64,000 nucleotides of DNA from Lepidodermella squamata (GCA_047495785.1 JBLDXI010000021.1:372001-436000); one strand, 5' to 3'. Positions 12,183-22,314 are shown, counted from the first letter of the stretch. Notes: generated by a model from the letters alone, not told the origin. Numbers and translations are program-made.

Positions 12183-13667
12183 ATGTCTAAAATCACTAGC
12201 ATCTTAAACGTGATCAAAAGTATGATATTGGGGCCAGAAGTGCCCCTGTTCATATTGTATCTATCGCAAGGAATCATCAATGCTGCCCAACAGCAGTTCG
12301 TTTATCAACGCATTTGCATGTACCACTATGATTCGCTGACACTTTGTAACCAAATCGACAAGTCGCCCGACTTAAAGCAGCAAGAAACTCAAGTTCAGGT
12401 GGATTATTCGCAATACTCAACTATACTACAGCTTACGTCGTATGCTCCTGTTATTTTTGTTGCACTGATCTACGGGGCTTGGGTAGATCGGATCGGTTAT
12501 CGAATCCCGTTGGTCTTGCCTCACATTGGTGGCATATTATGCACCTTGACTTTTCTGCTATCGTCACTCCTGCCGGCGAAAGCCTTTAATCCGATATACC
12601 TCGGAGCTTCCTATGTTTTCATTGGCCTAACTGGTCAAAGCTCTACAGGAAGTATGGCTGCTTTTGCTTACGTCACTCAGATAACTGACGGCAAAGACAA
12701 GCTGATTCGATTAGGAATTTTAGAGGCATGCATGACAATTGGTGATATGATTGGGTCTTTTCTCTCTGGCTTCGCGCTTCACGGTGGCAAAGACTACAAC
12801 CTGGCCTTTATACTTCAAATCGCTCTCAACTTTTACGCGGTATTCTACACATTCTTTGTTTTGACGGAGCTGAAGCCATTCAGTGCGGTGAGGGAGAGAG
12901 TGAAAATCGAGGCTAACGGATCTTGGGCGAGGTATCTATTGTCTCCGAAAGAAAACTTCATATCAGCGCTGAAAGTAATTTTCGGAAAATTTCCTCATCG
13001 AAATGGCGAGAAGCGGCGTTGGCTTCTAACGATGCTGCTAACTTACTTTTGGCTCGGTGCTGTTACAACAAGGCCAACTAATCAAATGCTTTTCGCTTTC
13101 CTGACTCTTCAGCCGATATCTCTCACACCATTTCTATACACCATGTTCCAAGCCGTTTACTTGACCGGTATTTCATCTGCGCTGTTTTTATTAATGCCAC
13201 TTCTTCGCATGAAGGCGGGTAATATCCTCCCGCTGACTGATGCGATGCTTGGATTCATTGGAGCTATTTCCAGATTTGTCGGCATGATCATCTTGGCTAT
13301 GGGGGGTCTCTTCCCGTCTGTCGCGCCATGGTTATCCAGCGTCATTTTAGCTCCAAGTATTTTTGCTTTCATTTCAATGCGATCTGGGCTAGCTTATGTC
13401 TCACAAGAAGACGAAAGAGGGCGCGTTTACGCAGCAAACACTCTTTTCGAATGCATATCAGTTCTTCTCGCAGGTCTCGGCTACAATGCTCTTTACGGCA
13501 TTACCGTCGCTCAAACCCTATCTTCCCCATTAAAAGCAGCCTTAGTCCATGGCTACCCTTTCTTAGTTGTCGCAGGTGTAGCTCTCATACCATTGATTAC
13601 TATATTATGGCTTGGTAAACAGCCCATTACCAATTGGGCTTTTGCAAGTTCCACGAGAAAAATGTAA
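12183..13667 (+). CDS. MFS transporter, SLC46 family, intronless
   Basis: 494 aa with GAWVDRIGYRIPL, AFAYVTQIT...RLGILEAC and ERGRVYA. Collinear paralog of both neighbours. Confidence 0.88.
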   Translation: MSKITSILNVIKSMILGPEVPLFILYLSQGIINAAQQQFVYQRICMYHYDSLTLCNQIDKSPDLKQQETQVQVDYSQYSTILQLTSYAPVIFVALIYGAWVDRIGYRIPLVLPHIGGILCTLTFLLSSLLPAKAFNPIYLGASYVFIGLTGQSSTGSMAAFAYVTQITDGKDKLIRLGILEACMTIGDMIGSFLSGFALHGGKDYNLAFILQIALNFYAVFYTFFVLTELKPFSAVRERVKIEANGSWARYLLSPKENFISALKVIFGKFPHRNGEKRRWLLTMLLTYFWLGAVTTRPTNQMLFAFLTLQPISLTPFLYTMFQAVYLTGISSALFLLMPLLRMKAGNILPLTDAMLGFIGAISRFVGMIILAMGGLFPSVAPWLSSVILAPSIFAFISMRSGLAYVSQEDERGRVYAANTLFECISVLLAGLGYNALYGITVAQTLSSPLKAALVHGYPFLVVAGVALIPLITILWLGKQPITNWAFASSTRKM

Positions 13668-13807
13668 CGTAAATAAAACAGCTTTTGTCTTGTATTCTCT
13701 TGTCACGTGAGCTGAAGTGAGATAAGATAGTGGGAAATTTCCCCGACATCAGATAAATATCTTGGACGTTGTACTAGCTTAGAGATAAACTACCAATAGC
13801 TGAGAAA

Positions 13808-15384
13808 ATGATCGAAGCTGCCTTCGAGATCGGCTCTGGCGAAATAACCCTTAGGCACGATGGTTTGGAGAAGGAGACAACCGTCCGAAATAAAGAAAGC
13901 AGAAACTTTCCCATGAAATTAGCTAGTAAAAGCTTTTGGTCACCATTTTTCTCCGGACCTGAAATTTCAGTAGCGTTGTACTTCATCTGCTACGGAATTT
14001 TCGTACCGGCACAACAACAATTCATTTACCATAGCATCTGCATGTATAACTTCGATTCGGAATCAGTATGCGACCAAATCGACAAATCGCCACAGCTTGA
14101 GGAACAAGAAGCCATTGTTCAAGTTCAATACTCCCAGTTCTCAACAATTTTTCAAGTCGCATCATACACTCCTGTAATTTTCGTAGTGTTGGTCTACGGC
14201 GCTTGGTGTGACAAATTCTCCTACCGGATACCGCTTGCCCTCCCTCACCTTGGCTGTGTGATAGTGACTTCACTTTATCTAATACTCTCGATTGGCCGAT
14301 TCGCATCGATGAATCCAGTCTATTTCGGTGCCTGTTCTTTCTTTCTCGGCGTGACCGGGCAGTCTGGGACTGTAACTATGGCGGCCTTCTCATATGGCAG
14401 TAGAGTTAGCGATGGGAAAAGTCGAATGGTGAGATTGGCGATTATTGAGGCCTGCACAACCCTAGGAGAAGCTTTTGGGTATCTTTTCACAGCCTTCATT
14501 TTTGATGGTGGCAAAGATTACTACAGCGCGTTTATGATTCAAATCGCTATAAATGCCTATTCTATCGTACTGATTTTCTCAACAGTCAAAGAAGTCGTTC
14601 CTTTCAGAGAGGTTAAAGCACGAGTGCAAGCAGAGACAAATGGCTCCTGGCTGAAATTTTTATTCTCGCCAAGAGAGATATTTTTGCCCGTGTTCAAGAT
14701 CATCTTCACAAGATCTACCAATAGAACGGCGGAACAGCGTCGCGAGCTGTTCATTTTCCTGCTAACGTATGCCATGTGCTCGTGCTTAGTTGGCTCCCGA
14801 CCGACGTCTCAAATATTGTTTGCCTATTTGTCGCTGAGACCCATATCAATATCTTCGTTTTTGTACACTATTCTCAACACGGTTTACGTATCACTGGCAA
14901 CATTCAGTCTATTTGTAATTTGTCCGATTTTGCGGATGAATTGCCCGCCACTTCGTCTGCCTTTTTCTGATGCGGCATTAGGAATCATTGGCATAATTTC
15001 CAAAATGGTAGCGTTCCTTTTGCTTGGATTAGGAGGATTTTACCCCGAACTCGCTCCTTATTTGTTTTATTGTACCGGTTGCTGTGCGTGTTCAGTTTCA
15101 TCTCAGTACGGTCGGGAATATCAAAAATAGCAAGCGGAGAGGAGGTCGGCCGGTTATTCGCCGCTAGTTCTGTCCTGGAAAATATTTCTGTTTTATTGGC
15201 TGGTCTTGCTTTTAACAGTCTTTACGGGGTTACAGTTGCGCAGCTTCCTTCATCGGAGATTGCAATAAATTTAGTGCATGGCTATCCTTTCCTCATTATC
15301 GCAGGATTGTGCATTGTGCCGCTAATACTATTCATCTGGTTAGGAAAGCAATCTATACCTAACTGGTCTTTTTCGAATTCATGA
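13808..15384 (+). CDS. MFS transporter, SLC46 family, with one 1-nt frameshift near 15077
   Basis: ORFs 13808-15130 and 15070-15384 join into a full-length paralog of 12183-13667 if one base is restored at ACC GG- TTG. Confidence 0.82.
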
Positions 15385-16643
15385 AAGTTTGGAAATAAAA
15401 TGTGATTGAAGCTGTGACTTATCTTATCTCGCTTTGAGCGTTATCAGCAGACACATTTTCAGTTCCTTCGCTCGATCTGGTTATTCATCGGACCTTTGTC
15501 AGTTTTCGCATTGATGATCCTGAGGCATCTGCCGCAGAAAAAGTGGAGGGCTCTGAAATCCCTAAAGATGCAGCTAGTTCAAATTCTAAAACAAAACAAG
15601 GAGAAGCCGAGTCGGGCTTGGAGAATTTTCGCAGCAATCGCCTTCCAGCGCCGAAGTTCCCATGGCGCTCTACTTCTTTGCTTATGGAATTTTCACCATG
15701 TAGATGCGATGCATGTAGCCTACATGCGCATGGTAAAATTTTGCCATTGGGAAATTGAATTCTCTATGGCAACCAATACTTTCACTGTGGCATGAAACTG
15801 TCACAAATTTAGGCAGCATTTTGCTCGAAATTGACCTCGAACCACCCATGCAGAAAATGCATTTTCTGGAAAATCACGATAACAACGAAAACGACCTCAA
15901 GTTTACTTGAAAGCAATTTCACGTGCAAAAACAAAAATTTGACAAGAGGAAGCGAAAACGAGGTCTTCGAAATCTCTTGCTGGTAGCCGTCGCGATGCAG
16001 ATCCGCGGTTTTCCCTCCGAATTCGCTCCGAAATAGTTTCATTTTCTAGCTCAATTTTCACTTTGAAACTGGCTTGCCTATCATCTGTACAAATTCGCCG
16101 TAATGGATACAGCTTTTGCACTCGAATATTGCACTCGAAATTTGATTCATGCAGACATCTTAAATAAAATAAAGTAAATCTGGCTTTTAGCCGCAATTCC
16201 GTTGTTATTTATTGGTTTCTTTTTGGATAAAAATACTGCCGTCAACAAAACATTGCCGCTTTCGCTCAGCCATTCGGCACTCCAAACCCAGTGCGGCTTT
16301 GTAATCGCTTTCCGTCTCAGGCTACCCAGACTGCAGACTACACTGATATAGGACACAAATCCCGGCCTTTCATTGATGAAGCGCTGGCTCATCAGCAGCA
16401 GTGTGTAAACAATAAGTAACAAATAAGTAATTGAGTTTTTCCGGTCGGGCAGCTCCCTAAAGACCGGCACGAGGTCTTGAAGATGCGCGCTAGCAGCTTC
16501 AAGTGCATGGCCTGGCTGCGGGCTGTAACTAAGCGTGCATCACACTAGCGCGCGGATGTGCTAAATTGGAAAATTATTAAGGCATCAGCGCATCAGAGCT
16601 GTTTTCGTCATCATTTCTATCTCTCATTCATTCATTTTTCGCC

Positions 16644-17963
16644 ATGATGATGGCTACAAAGGCCTCGTTGGTATTGATTTTGTGCCTGACAGCAGCAACA
16701 CTGAGCGAATGCTCTGTATCGAGAGCTACCCTAGAATTCCCATTAAATGGTATGTATTTAAAAAATTCGAGATCAGGTATATCTAACACACGTTACGATT
16801 TCAGAGGACAAATGGCAGTTGGTTGGAGAGGCGAAGTATATTGACCGCGATCCGGCCAGCACCTTGCTCACCGAGGCGCCGAGAATTCGCTTAGTCGAGC
16901 CTATGAATGCGACTGAAGAATCATTCGGCGCTATTTGGAGTCGTCCGGTAACATTTTAATTTACATACTGAATTTCGTTTTATTGCTAGTATATTTTATA
17001 AGGAATTCCCGAGCGAAATTCTGTCGAAATCTAGCCATTGGCAGCTCGATGTTCTATTCACTGGTCGATCATTTCTGCATGGGACCGATATCGTTGCTGT
17101 TTTATTTGCGACTAATGAGTCATTTCCAACTACTCTTGGTATTCGAATTTCAAAATTTAAAATAAAATTTCATTTTAAAAATTCACAGACGAGCCCAACG
17201 ACAATTTCAACGGGTTTGGCATTGCAGTCAGCACGAATTTTGGCTCGGATCCATTGCAACCTGTAATTATTTCTAGCTATTTGTTCCAAATTTCGAAGAT
17301 ATATTATCCCTCAATCTATTGCAGGAAATTATTTTGACAGCCGCTGCTAGTGGATTCCCGGATAAAGTTCTAAAAATCAAATGCTGGGTCTATTCGTTTA
17401 TGGACTTGATAAATCGCCGATTTCGTCTCGTTTTCCAAAAAGATGGCAACAACTTGGCGATTCAGTACTTCAGCCCGTGCAGTCGGACTTACAATTTAAC
17501 GCTTGATATCAGCTCTTTCATCAACAACACCAACCAAAAACTGCATGTGGGTGCTGCAGTTTCAACTAGCCCGTTATCTGGCCGTTATCTCGATCTAATG
17601 ATGATGGAATTCAGCGATAATTTTACGAAAAGTTTCGGCATTGGCGAAATGTTGGTCAAGGAGTTGAGCTTAGCTAATCACACGGGGAAACTGCCGTCTT
17701 TCGAGAATATTTCGGCAACACTTTTACAATCAACGGCTAAACTCTTCAACAACACGCAAATCGCATCGCCGCCGTCGAAAGTTTCATCTGAGACGAAAAT
17801 GCTCAAGAAAGTGAAGAAAATCGCCGGCGCAACTCAATCACCTATTCCGCAGGCTTCACGGGAGGAAAAGGATGGCAGTAAAAGCAGCGAAGAAGAAAAT
17901 GAAGGCAATTTGTCGTTTGAGAAAAGTGATGAACAGAGTAATGACAAATCAAACGAGGCGTAA
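16644..17963 (+). CDS. Secreted L-type (legume/ERGIC-53-like) lectin-domain protein, 5 exons
   Basis: Spliced by hand: signal peptide, KWQLVGEAKY...IRLV...FGAIWSRP, HWQLDVLF, FNGFGIAVST. This matches the W-x-L-x-G / GAIWS / W / F-x-G-x-x-I pattern of L-type lectins. It has a charged low-complexity tail and no TM segment. Confidence 0.6.
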
Positions 17964-18196
17964 ACTTCTCAAATTTTCTCTTGATCAAAATAAATTGAAC
18001 ATAATTTAACTGTAAATTTCGTCTTATTTTGGAATTTGGATTACATTATTTCTACTCAACCCTGGTAGGTATATGAGACCGTCCGCAAAAAAATGGGGAA
18101 AATGTTTTATGGGTTGCCCGAACACAATACCTGTATATATGTTTGCTTTGCTTTTCATCCCTCTTCTTGCTCGCGGTCTCATATTTTTGAAATTTA

Positions 18197-18217
18197 GGGT
18201 TAGGGGTTAGGGTTGGG
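18197..18217 (+). repeat. Telomere-like (TTAGGG) tract able to form a G-quadruplex
   Basis: GGGTTAGGGGTTAGGGTTGGG has four G3+ runs with 2-3 nt loops, about 250 nt upstream of the eRF1 ATG. Confidence 0.7.
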
Positions 18218-18464
18218 ACTTGAATATCACTCCCGATGTCACAGTTGATAAACGCATTTAACATTCAGTGCAGAAATGAGTGCGTGCGCCTGCCTACTGA
18301 TTAGACTGGGCTATGAATCATCGCTCTTTTATACATTAGGAAATATTGCATCAGAATATTCATCTATAAAACTGCGCGCTGTATGCTGTATATGCGCACT
18401 TTTTGAAGGAAAAAATTGCTGACTGTTGTCGCTTGTCGCATATATCATATTTTAATTTTAAAAA

Positions 18465-20224
18465 ATGACCACAACCCACAGCCGAGCCGAGGCTGGCAGT
18501 ACCGAAGACACTATAGCGGTGTGGAGGACGAGGAAATTTATTAAAGAGCTGATTGGAGCGAAGGGGTAAAATTCGGTTTTTAAATCTCAAATTCCCTTGA
18601 ACCTCTAGCTTTATACGTAGAAATGGCACAGGCATGATCTCGTTAATTATCCCGGCAAACGGCCAAATCGCTCGGATAAGCAAAATGCTGGTCGGTGAAG
18701 TCGGAGCTGCTGCGAACATAAAATCGACCGCCAACAGGCAGGCCGTTCAACGGGCATTGAAATCTGTTCAAGAGCGGCTGAAATTGTATCATTCTCGTGA
18801 GCTTAAAATCCGCCCTAATATAGTGGAATTTCAATGTTTTCAATTATTTAGTGCCACCAAACGGGCTGGCTATTTTTTGTGGAACCGTGCTGATGGATGA
18901 TGGCAAAGAAAGGAAGTTGTGCATCGACTTTGAACCTTACCGCCCGGCTGGGCGAGCTGTCTATCTATGCGATAGCAAGTTTCACTGTGACGAGTTGCAG
19001 GCTCAGCTTGAAGAGAATCGCAAATACGGCTTCATAGTTGTCGACGGCAACGGAGCGCTCTACGCTACGTTGGCAGGAAATTCGCGCCAAATCTTACACG
19101 TTTTTGGCGTTGATTTGCAAAATAAGCAGGGCCGGGGCGGTCAGTCGCAACAACGATTTGACCGGAATCGATTAATTCAGCGGCATAATTACCTGCGAAA
19201 GGTTGCTGAGATCGCTACGAAGTTGTTCATAGTTCAGGATAAGGTGAACGTTGAAGGCTTCATAATTGCTGGATCAGCTGCTATCAAGGATGAATTGGTT
19301 CAATCCGATCTATTCGACAAGGTCAGAATTTAAAAAACTTATTTGAAAAATAATCAACTTTTTACAAAATAGCGATTAGCTGCGAAAGTAATTAAGGTGG
19401 TCGACGTAGCTTATGGCGGAAATCGCGGGCTCAATCAGGCTATCGATTTAGCCGCGGATGCTATATTAAACGTCAAATATTTCCACGATAAAGCCGTAAT
19501 AAGTATGCGAATTAAAATCTAATAATGCCTGAAATCTACTTTCAATATTTTTTCAGCGAATTTTTTCGACGAAATCGGCGCCAATTCGGACAAAGTTATT
19601 TTTGGCGTGGACGAGACAATGCATTGCCTAGAAACAGGCGGCGCTGTCTTGACATTGATTGTATGGGAAAACCTGGACGTGGTCAGGTACACTGTTCGTC
19701 GCAAGGTGCCCACAGATGACGACGCTGTTGAGGACGCTGTAAAAACGGTCTATGTGCGACCTGAGCAAATTAAGCGCGGCAACTCTTGACTGACTAAGGC
19801 TCTCGGCATCTCTGACGGAAGATCTCAGGATGCCGAAATCGTTGACAGCCAGCCCCTCATTGACTGGATCGTCGAGAACCATTCAAAATTCGGTAAGAAA
19901 AGACTCTGAATTGCGGAACTATTACCAATTGATAACGATTCAAATTGTATAGGCTGCAAGCTAGAACTCGTGAGCGACACTACGCCAGAAGGAAATCAAT
20001 TTTGCAAGGGGTTCGGCGGCTTAGGGGGTATACTTTGTTGCTTTTCGGATCCTAATTGAGGGTAACTATTGTTGCGACATTTTACAGGAATGCTGCGCTA
20101 CAAAGTTGACATGGCAGCTTTTTCAAGTCCATTGGCTGATCCGGAAACTGGCGCGGGGGCGAGTGGCACGGTCGATGAAGCTGAGGATCCGGCTGATCTT
20201 TTTGATCTCGCCGACTACATATAA
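18465..20224 (+). CDS. ETF1: Eukaryotic peptide chain release factor 1 (eRF1), divergent, with an in-frame TGA at codon 370
   Basis: Exons 18465-18565, 18621-18796, 18852-19321, 19373-19502, 19557-19892, 19953-20027 and 20088-20224. All introns are GT-AG, 51-60 nt and phase-compatible; 474 codons plus TAA. Motifs [48 protein letters not shown] and acidic tail FDLADYI. Confidence 0.96.
19787..19836 (+). promoter_or_regulatory. Candidate stop-codon readthrough cassette: UGA-C plus 3' stem-loop
   Basis: TCT TGA CTG ACT. Hairpin: TCGGCATC (19803-19810) pairs with GATGCCGA (19829-19836) and CTGA (19812-19815) with TCAG (19825-19828), with one bulged T and a 9-nt loop. Confidence 0.6.
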
Positions 20225-20412
20225 AAATTGGAAGGATAATGATGTTCACAGATTACTACGTATAAGCACTAAGGATCCGTTTCAATTGTTCACATCCCCC
20301 ATAAATGACTCTGTATACTAAGTTTAAATCGCAAACTTACAAATCCATAGCTTGCAATTATATTCAAATATAAAAGATTGGCATGTAATGTTCCTTATAA
20401 TCTTTATTAAAT

Positions 20413-21168
20413 TCAAGCGCGATTACGAGCGGGAAATGGGTCATCGCCATCATTGGTATGGATTTTCGAAGTTTCGGCTTCGTATCTCACCCGCCTTACA
20501 AATCGTCGACGCTGCCGTTGTCCACCGCATAAGAACTTAGTAACCACATAATAAATCAACAACAGCAAAATAGCCGCGGAGAAGCCGTAGAAAACGGAGA
20601 CACTTATGACCCATACTTTACAGCCGTGATAAGTCCAATCGAATTTTACGTTTTGATCGATATTAGCTTCAACAACATTGTAACGCCGGTAAATCACGCC
20701 GAATTTGTTGTAGACGACGCAGAGCAAGTTAGATCCGGGTTGAACTTCGGAAGGGAGTGGCCATGAGAAAATGCCGTCAACATTTTCTAGTTTGAACAGA
20801 GCTGTCTCCTTGCCTGGGCCGTAGTTATCGATCATAGCATACCATTTGATCAAGGCTTGGCCAATTTTGACAGAACAGTCTAGGTCTGGACAGGTGCTGG
20901 GATTGTGACCGCAAGAGCGAATCCCAAGCTCGAATTGATTGGGTTCTAAGCGAAATATTGGGGTTGTTAATTTCACTCCGCTGCCGTCCGAGAGTCGAAC
21001 TAGCTTTTCAACGCTGCTTGCCAATTCCTTAAAGTCAGCTGCGACAAGACCGGGCGCAATCGTGTCGTTGTAGTAGAGTAGGTCTGTGGCGTTCTCAGAT
21101 GCGTTAATAATGGAGGAAACCATCATCAACACCGTAATCGGAAATAAAATTGAAACTCTTGAAATCAT
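20413..21168 (-). CDS. Type I membrane protein with a single Ig-like domain
   Basis: Signal peptide, PIF...LDCS...IKWY...LLCVVYNKFG (Ig C...W...C-x-V-x-N-x-x-G pattern), TM segment and Arg-rich stop-transfer sequence. Confidence 0.75.
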   Translation of the reverse strand: MISRVSILFPITVLMMVSSIINASENATDLLYYNDTIAPGLVAADFKELASSVEKLVRLSDGSGVKLTTPIFRLEPNQFELGIRSCGHNPSTCPDLDCSVKIGQALIKWYAMIDNYGPGKETALFKLENVDGIFSWPLPSEVQPGSNLLCVVYNKFGVIYRRYNVVEANIDQNVKFDWTYHGCKVWVISVSVFYGFSAAILLLLIYYVVTKFLCGGQRQRRRFVRRVRYEAETSKIHTNDGDDPFPARNRA

Positions 21169-21260
21169 CAGTGATTATGCGAAATCTAAAATATTTGCAA
21201 AGCATTAATTACACTTTATTGAAATGACTCATCATTAGAAAGTATTTTCGCTTCCGGGTA

Positions 21261-21479
21261 TTAGGTTTTAGGATTTTGACCTCTCATTTGGACATTATGC
21301 TCAGGTCCTGCAAGTTGTGAGAAAGTGATGTTCGACATTGGCCTCGATGCGAGGATGCAGTTTCTAGACAGGTGGATGTAGTCGGTCCAAAAGGCAACAG
21401 CTATGATTATTGCAGCAAACAGGAAGCCAACCAGGTATGACACAGGTAAGATCCACGCAAATTCGTGCACGCATGTCAT
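21261..21479 (-). CDS. Putative single-TM microprotein
   Basis: 72-aa ATG ORF. Its TM WILPVSYLVGFLFAAIII resembles WVISVSVFYGFSAAILL of the adjacent gene. Confidence 0.4.
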   Translation of the reverse strand: MTCVHEFAWILPVSYLVGFLFAAIIIAVAFWTDYIHLSRNCILASRPMSNITFSQLAGPEHNVQMRGQNPKT

Positions 21480-22314
21480 GGTTTCAGTATATCAACTGAA
21501 TGGATCGGATTCTTAGCTGTAGAGGACTGCGGCAGATTTTATTAGTCCAGACAGCACTTTTTTATTTTATTCATCCGAGTTTCAGGAATTAGCGTTTCGA
21601 CATCTGTGGTTTTTAATGTCTTTCCCGTTTACGTATTATAGTTGATAACTCCTGTGCATCATTTAGCCTATATTATTTGTTCCTTGTCAATCCTCAATTC
21701 ACTCTCTATCATAAAAATACAATTGAGGTATCTGAAATGGTAAATAAACAATATATTAGTGACCTAATTAGGGACTTATTTGATTGTTGCAGTAGTAATA
21801 ATATTGCTCATGCTGAATAGCTTTCGAAATTAGTAGACTATGATTCATTTTCGGTTGTAGTGATATTATGTCACTTCTGAGCCACGCAAAATGCCGTCTT
21901 GCAACCCGTACTTGGATCGTGAGTTCAAATTTTTGAATTAAATTCCACGAAAGAGTGAGCCTGTTTACGTACGCCGATTGGAAGAGTGCCAACGGACATG
22001 TTTGTTTGAGTAAACGTCGGATACTGCGGCGGGTATTATAAACGTGAGTGGAAAATTTGAAATGAGTGTGTGTCCGCGTGATTCATCGCCCATTTATGAG
22101 AAGCGCAGGTGGTTGAGCCTCAAGAGCACGCCTGCGCTATTACATACGATGATCGCATAATGAAGCCACTATTAACACAGGGAATACTACACCCGTATCT
22201 TTGAAGACAGAGTATTGCAATTACAGTTATTACCCAGATATCATTGCGATGCAATTAACGATGTTCATTTCCAGTGTTTATTAAATCGTCTGATGAGTAT
22301 TTTTGCTAACAAGG

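Noticed and set aside
15070-15130. Programmed frameshift in the third MFS gene
   Set aside because: There is no slippery heptamer. One missing base in GG/TT explains it as an assembly error or a recent null allele.
16200-16520. Possible structured ncRNA (RNase P/SRP-like words) or 107-aa minus-strand ORF
   Set aside because: Only isolated short matches (CAGACTAC) without partner conserved regions. The ORF has no ATG and no recognisable motif.
18194-18217. Telomerase RNA template on the minus strand
   Set aside because: More than three repeat units with a variant unit fits an interstitial repeat rather than a 1.5-unit template, and no pseudoknot was identified.
19754-19798. A 45-nt GT...AG segment that could splice out the eRF1 TGA in frame
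   Set aside because: It would delete VRPEQ, which aligns with conserved (Y)LTPEQ. It is GC-rich, has no pyrimidine tract and is shorter than the 51-60 nt AT-rich introns of this gene. RNA-seq is needed to exclude it fully.
20225-20410. SECIS element making the eRF1 UGA a selenocysteine codon
   Set aside because: AUGA occurs in the 3'UTR, but I could not build the helix, GA quartet and apical AA, and the aligned residue is not a conserved Cys. A SECISearch run would settle it.
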